Assembly: GCA_024704765.1 (NCBI GenBank)
Contig: JAKMXF010000166.1
Span: forward strand, 460,743-524,742
DNA length: 64,000 nt
From: Oopsacas minuta
Lineage: Eukaryota; Animalia; Porifera
Reading direction: 5' to 3'
The notes under the pieces are model-generated. The model did not search any database. It was not told the DNA's origin and saw nothing but the letters and a program-made list of their open reading frames with translations. Position numbers and translations under genes: made by a program. How positions within the stretch are numbered: position 1 is the first letter of the stretch; the number at the start of each line of letters is the position of its first letter. This document shows, one piece after another, positions 59,727-64,000 of the stretch.

Positions 59727-61181
59727 ATGCAGTTCACATTCAACAAAGCTTGCCTTGGGATAATGGGACTAACAGCTTGTGTTGTAACCAAAAGCTTTAT
59801 CACTCACGTCCAATTCTACCCTGCCATGCTTAGCATAGCCAGGTCATCTCCCAGTGCTATACTTGTATACTTACAAGCTGGTATTGTTGCTTTTTGGATA
59901 GGAAAGCTATTCAAAAAAATATTCTTTGGTACTCTACAGCGAAATGAGTTAGAGAATATAGTTGAACAAATGTGGGGGGCAATTACTGATGGTTTTCTTG
60001 CGTTTGCATTTTTCCGTGAAATAACTTCACATTATTTGCTTCTCTTCGTACTTCTCTTTTTCAAATTCTTTCATTGGACAATGCAAGACCGCGTGGAGTC
60101 CATGGAGAGAAATTTATTTATCAGTTGGTTATTCCATTTCAGGATAACTTCTCTAATAATCCTATTCAGCATTATTGACATTTCATTCTTGAAGTATGCC
60201 TATGACTCACTTATGTTAAAAGGATTTTCTGTTCAAGTAATATTCGGGTTTGAATACTTGATTCTCCTTCTTCTGGTGGTTTCCATTACCCTTAAGTACA
60301 TATTCCATACAATAGATCTCACATCTCAGCAGCCTTGGGACAACAAGACTACATTTATAATGTATACTGAGCTAACTTCATCTTTCATTCGTCTCTGTTT
60401 GTATTTGGTACTCTTTGCTGTAATGACTCAGTATGTATTTATCCCTCTGTTCGCCATCTGGCCTACTTACATAGCATTTAGGTCGTTTAGATATTATTTC
60501 ACTGTAATCCTTTTAGCCAGGAAAGCTGTATCTAATCTTAACAAGTATCAAATACCTTCTGCTGATGAGTTAGAGCGATACAATGATTTGTGTATTGTTT
60601 GTAGAGAAGACCTGGTGAATAGAGACTGTAGGAAGTTACCTTGTGGACACATCTATCATACTTCATGTCTGAAATCTTGGTTCCAACGGAAGCAAAGTTG
60701 TCCTCTCTGTCGTTATGACGTATTATCTGATGCGACACAACCAGTTCCCCCTGTTAGGCCTAATGCTAATGCAGGTGTTCCAGCTGCAAACAATCAACCT
60801 GCGAGGGAAACAGGAGTTGCAGATGCACCTGCTGGTGAGCCAGACGGCGAGATTAAATCTAAACCACAAGACACAGCTAGTACTTCTTCTCTGCCAAAAT
60901 TTCCTTGGAACATTCCAGATATTTCATCAAGCCAAGTTCCCAATTTCCCTAGCATTAATGAGGGTAGCTTACCTTCTTTAGTTAACAACCAATTTCCAGT
61001 ACCTCTCAAGGAACTGAGCATTGAAGATTTGGAGAGATTGGAATCTGAAGAGAGAGCTGGTATAGAAGCTAGACTCTTAGTACTACAAAATGTAAGACAG
61101 CTTTTGGACTGTGCTACTGTTCAGCTCTCTTCTTATCTGGACTCTGTTAAGAAAGCGCAAGTTAAGAATGATGATATTTGA
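59727..61181 (+). CDS. SYVN1: E3 ubiquitin ligase synoviolin/HRD1 (ERAD)
   Basis: QFYPAMLSIARSSPS, KIFFGTL, FHWTMQDRVESMER, WDNK, RING-H2 CIVCRED..CGHIYH..C..SW..CPLCR, C-terminal RLLVLQNVRQLLD helix. Confidence 0.93.
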   Translation: MQFTFNKACLGIMGLTACVVTKSFITHVQFYPAMLSIARSSPSAILVYLQAGIVAFWIGKLFKKIFFGTLQRNELENIVEQMWGAITDGFLAFAFFREITSHYLLLFVLLFFKFFHWTMQDRVESMERNLFISWLFHFRITSLIILFSIIDISFLKYAYDSLMLKGFSVQVIFGFEYLILLLLVVSITLKYIFHTIDLTSQQPWDNKTTFIMYTELTSSFIRLCLYLVLFAVMTQYVFIPLFAIWPTYIAFRSFRYYFTVILLARKAVSNLNKYQIPSADELERYNDLCIVCREDLVNRDCRKLPCGHIYHTSCLKSWFQRKQSCPLCRYDVLSDATQPVPPVRPNANAGVPAANNQPARETGVADAPAGEPDGEIKSKPQDTASTSSLPKFPWNIPDISSSQVPNFPSINEGSLPSLVNNQFPVPLKELSIEDLERLESEERAGIEARLLVLQNVRQLLDCATVQLSSYLDSVKKAQVKNDDI

Positions 61182-61941
61182 TAATCACTAACAGATATAA
61201 TAATTATCCATTAATTTTGTGTAAATTCTTTCCAATGATTATGTTATTGTTGAATGATTTACATGTATGTTGTATGTATCTCCTGCGTCATGTCAAAATT
61301 ATTTATTTTCATTTAATTAACAAAGCAAAATGCTGTGGAATTGTAAGAGATATGATAAATCAGGATTTTTTTCTAGTGGAAATACCGGAATGGGAGAGAA
61401 TGCACTGGTTGTCATACTTATAGGGTGTACATTATCGTTTACACAAGATTCAATTGCAATTTTTCTAGTTTTCTTTGACGTTATTCTTTATTGTGATAAT
61501 TACTTATATTCTACAGGATTTCATATAAGGGGAGTGGGGTGAGAGGCAAGACCCGGATATCTTCATGAACGATTTCTCTCCCACAAGAATTTTTCTACCA
61601 ATTAAATAAAAATGTATTTACGTACGTAGGTGGACCAGCAGAATATCATGTGACAAATGTCATTGATGTGGCCAGAGGCGTAACTAGCATTTCTTCTTTG
61701 ATGTTACTGCAGAGTTGCAGGATATGCTAGTGGAGTTATGTACTACCAACCCCAATAATACAAAGATTGCTAGCATCCTCAATAATCCAGGGGTTGCTGG
61801 AAACCCCCTCTACGCCTATGTATATGACTGACCCATTAATCAATGTAGAATGTTTTTGGGATGGTAACCAAATTTGGAGTCTCCTCCTATTTCAAAATTC
61901 TGTATAAAACCCTGACTAATTATACCTTTTATGACGTTAGA

Positions 61942-62718
61942 ATGGATTCGCAGTACTTGAAAGAGACCGTAGGAGAAGCTTTAACTGAATCTCTGAAGAC
62001 TGTATTGGATAAACAGCCAGCTGACCCTATCGAGTACATAGCATTGATGTTGTTGCAATATATTAAGAACCATGATGGAAAACCCTCAGAATTTTCCAAA
62101 AGAATTGCCAATCATTCTCGGATCCCTGCTATGGTAGAGAAAGAAAAAGTAATTATTGATTCAAAAGAAATTGAGTTAGTAGAGAAGGAGGATAAGGAGC
62201 AAGAACCTGACGAATCTAAGAATGTTCCAATATCAGAAGATATAGATGGACCTATTGAAAAAGTTGATGTGAGTGAACCTCACAAGGAAGAACTCACTTA
62301 TGAAACCAAGGAGGATAAGGAGCAAGAACCTGACGAATCTAAGAATGTTCCAATATCAGAAGATATAGATGGACCTATTGAAAAAGTTGATGTGAGTGAA
62401 CCTCACAAAGAAGAACTCACTTATGAAACCAAGGAGGAACCAGTTGATTCCACGGAACCAGAAACAGCTGATGATATTATAGAAGTTGATAAAGTAGTAG
62501 AGGAAGTAAGTGCAGATATACAAATACAAGAGGATCTAGCAGTTAACGTTATGGGTGAGCAAGTAAGTAACAATGTCAAAATAGCTTCTGATATTCCTGA
62601 AGAAAAGATTAGTATAGATGAAGTTAAAGAACAGAGCACTGAGGAAACTACTCACCAGGATCTGTCTGAAACATCACCCGAAGGAGATCAGTCGATACCA
62701 GTGGAAACCACAGAGTAA
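61942..62718 (+). CDS. DPY30/DYDC-like protein with an acidic repeat-containing tail
   Basis: MDSQYLKETVGEALTESL..V...QPADPIEYIAL Dpy-30 dimerisation/docking motif; ATG 61942 preferred over 61861. Confidence 0.8.
   Translation: MDSQYLKETVGEALTESLKTVLDKQPADPIEYIALMLLQYIKNHDGKPSEFSKRIANHSRIPAMVEKEKVIIDSKEIELVEKEDKEQEPDESKNVPISEDIDGPIEKVDVSEPHKEELTYETKEDKEQEPDESKNVPISEDIDGPIEKVDVSEPHKEELTYETKEEPVDSTEPETADDIIEVDKVVEEVSADIQIQEDLAVNVMGEQVSNNVKIASDIPEEKISIDEVKEQSTEETTHQDLSETSPEGDQSIPVETTE
62188..62433 (+). repeat. In-frame 123-bp (41-aa) tandem duplication
   Basis: Two copies starting at 62188 and 62311, one synonymous mismatch. Confidence 0.93.
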
Positions 62719-64000
62719 CTATTTATTGTTTTACCGTCGATTCACTTGATATCATTATAGATCATAATTATTTATCTTATCTATCTCTACACTGTTGGAT
62801 TATTTCTGAAATCATTATTTCAATACTCTATATTTTGAACTATTCCTTCTTAAAATAATAAATGTATTTTATGGAATTATACAATATTTAGAGAATCAGA
62901 ACCAAATACTTTTGGTATTTGTAAAATTCAGTAATATTTAATGATTTTTCGTAGCGCCATTTTAGTTCAGTTCCTAGCGCATTGGACATTAATTCATAGT
63001 TCTTTTGTCTAAACTTATTTGATTTTGTAAATTCTTTATACTAAGTTTCATTTTGCTTAATGAGTAGTAACACTAATTATGTTTGGTTATGTAACTGATA
63101 ATCTAATAAATTCCTTCAACCAAGCTAACCTGAGCATTTAGTTGTTAAACTTGATCATTATGATAGAGTGTTTATATAATATTGGCGCCTTACTTAGGGA
63201 TTAATAGCTCTCCCCCAATATTAAATACACACGTGGTATTTTATAGAGACATCCAGATTATCTCGCTCCGTGACCATCATATAACTCACAACTTGGTAGA
63301 GCAATGTCTACTTAATTCATTGAACTCAATACATTTCACAATTCAAACTACAAAGCACAAAGGTAGTTATTTAGCATAATTACTTCCTTCCATGACAATC
63401 ATAACCACTTAGAGAGTAAGCTATATTTTGATAGTTTAACTGCTAATAAGCACATGATTCGATACATGTTTAATGTTTGAATCCTTTTTAAATTTGACAT
63501 AATTCAATCATTATATTCACAGGTTTTTAGCAATGGATTAAAGGGAAACATCTTTCCTTATGTTGAATAGATTTAAATTGCACCAACTTTACTATGTATG
63601 TATAGGATATGGTGGTTTCTATCTTTTTCAATGTTGGAAATGTAAAATTCTTTGGATCGGTGATAGGTCACCTTTATTCTGAGGAATATGGTTAATGGAT
63701 GGCCTCCACTTAAGGTTCCAATTTTCCCTGTGGCACTTTTTAAATGATGAAGAGCTGAATTTTTTTGTTTGGAGAGATAAGATATATTTTGTGATTATCA
63801 TGATCAATGTAGATTGTAGAGATAATTTATTTGATAATTTTGTGATATTAAAGTTTTGAAATCGCTTAAGTTATAATTGAGATTATTCGAGCATTTCTAT
63901 ATTTCTGCATTGAAACGTCAAACTGCATTTAATTAATTAAAAACAGTGGAACCTGGTGGAATTTATACGCGGCCGCCAAAGCAAGCACAAATGATAACTT

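Noticed and set aside
61861-61941. N-terminal extension of the DYDC-like ORF
   Set aside because: The Dpy-30 motif starts at M61942, which follows a TTAG; the extension looks non-coding

Overview
AT-rich eukaryotic (animal-type) genomic DNA. No bacterial features, rRNA/tRNA genes or CRISPR arrays were recognised. Host genes are all single uninterrupted ORFs: MOK/RAGE kinase, a cluster of five sigma-like glutathione S-transferases plus one GST pseudogene fragment (5-29 kb), FKBP15, TRAPPC4, MSH5, a MATE transporter, a divergent small-Maf-like bZIP, HRD1/SYVN1 and a DPY30/DYDC-like protein. Intron-free copies of normally intron-rich genes, low GC and possible trans-splice acceptors would fit a glass sponge such as Oopsacas; this taxon call is inference only. 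Intergenic DNA is packed with DNA transposons: two Tc1 (DD34E), a mariner (DD34D) remnant, two MULEs, many MITEs/hairpins and Helitron/HINE-like repeats. The most notable element is a young 3.7-kb Ginger-type DNA transposon (47594-51288) with 306-bp TIRs starting TGT, a 4-bp TSD and a Gypsy-like DD35E integrase. It carries a second ORF with the motifs of a USP-like (C19) cysteine protease/deubiquitinase. An exact 19-bp Tn5/Nextera mosaic end near the junction of the two ORFs means that junction must be validated.
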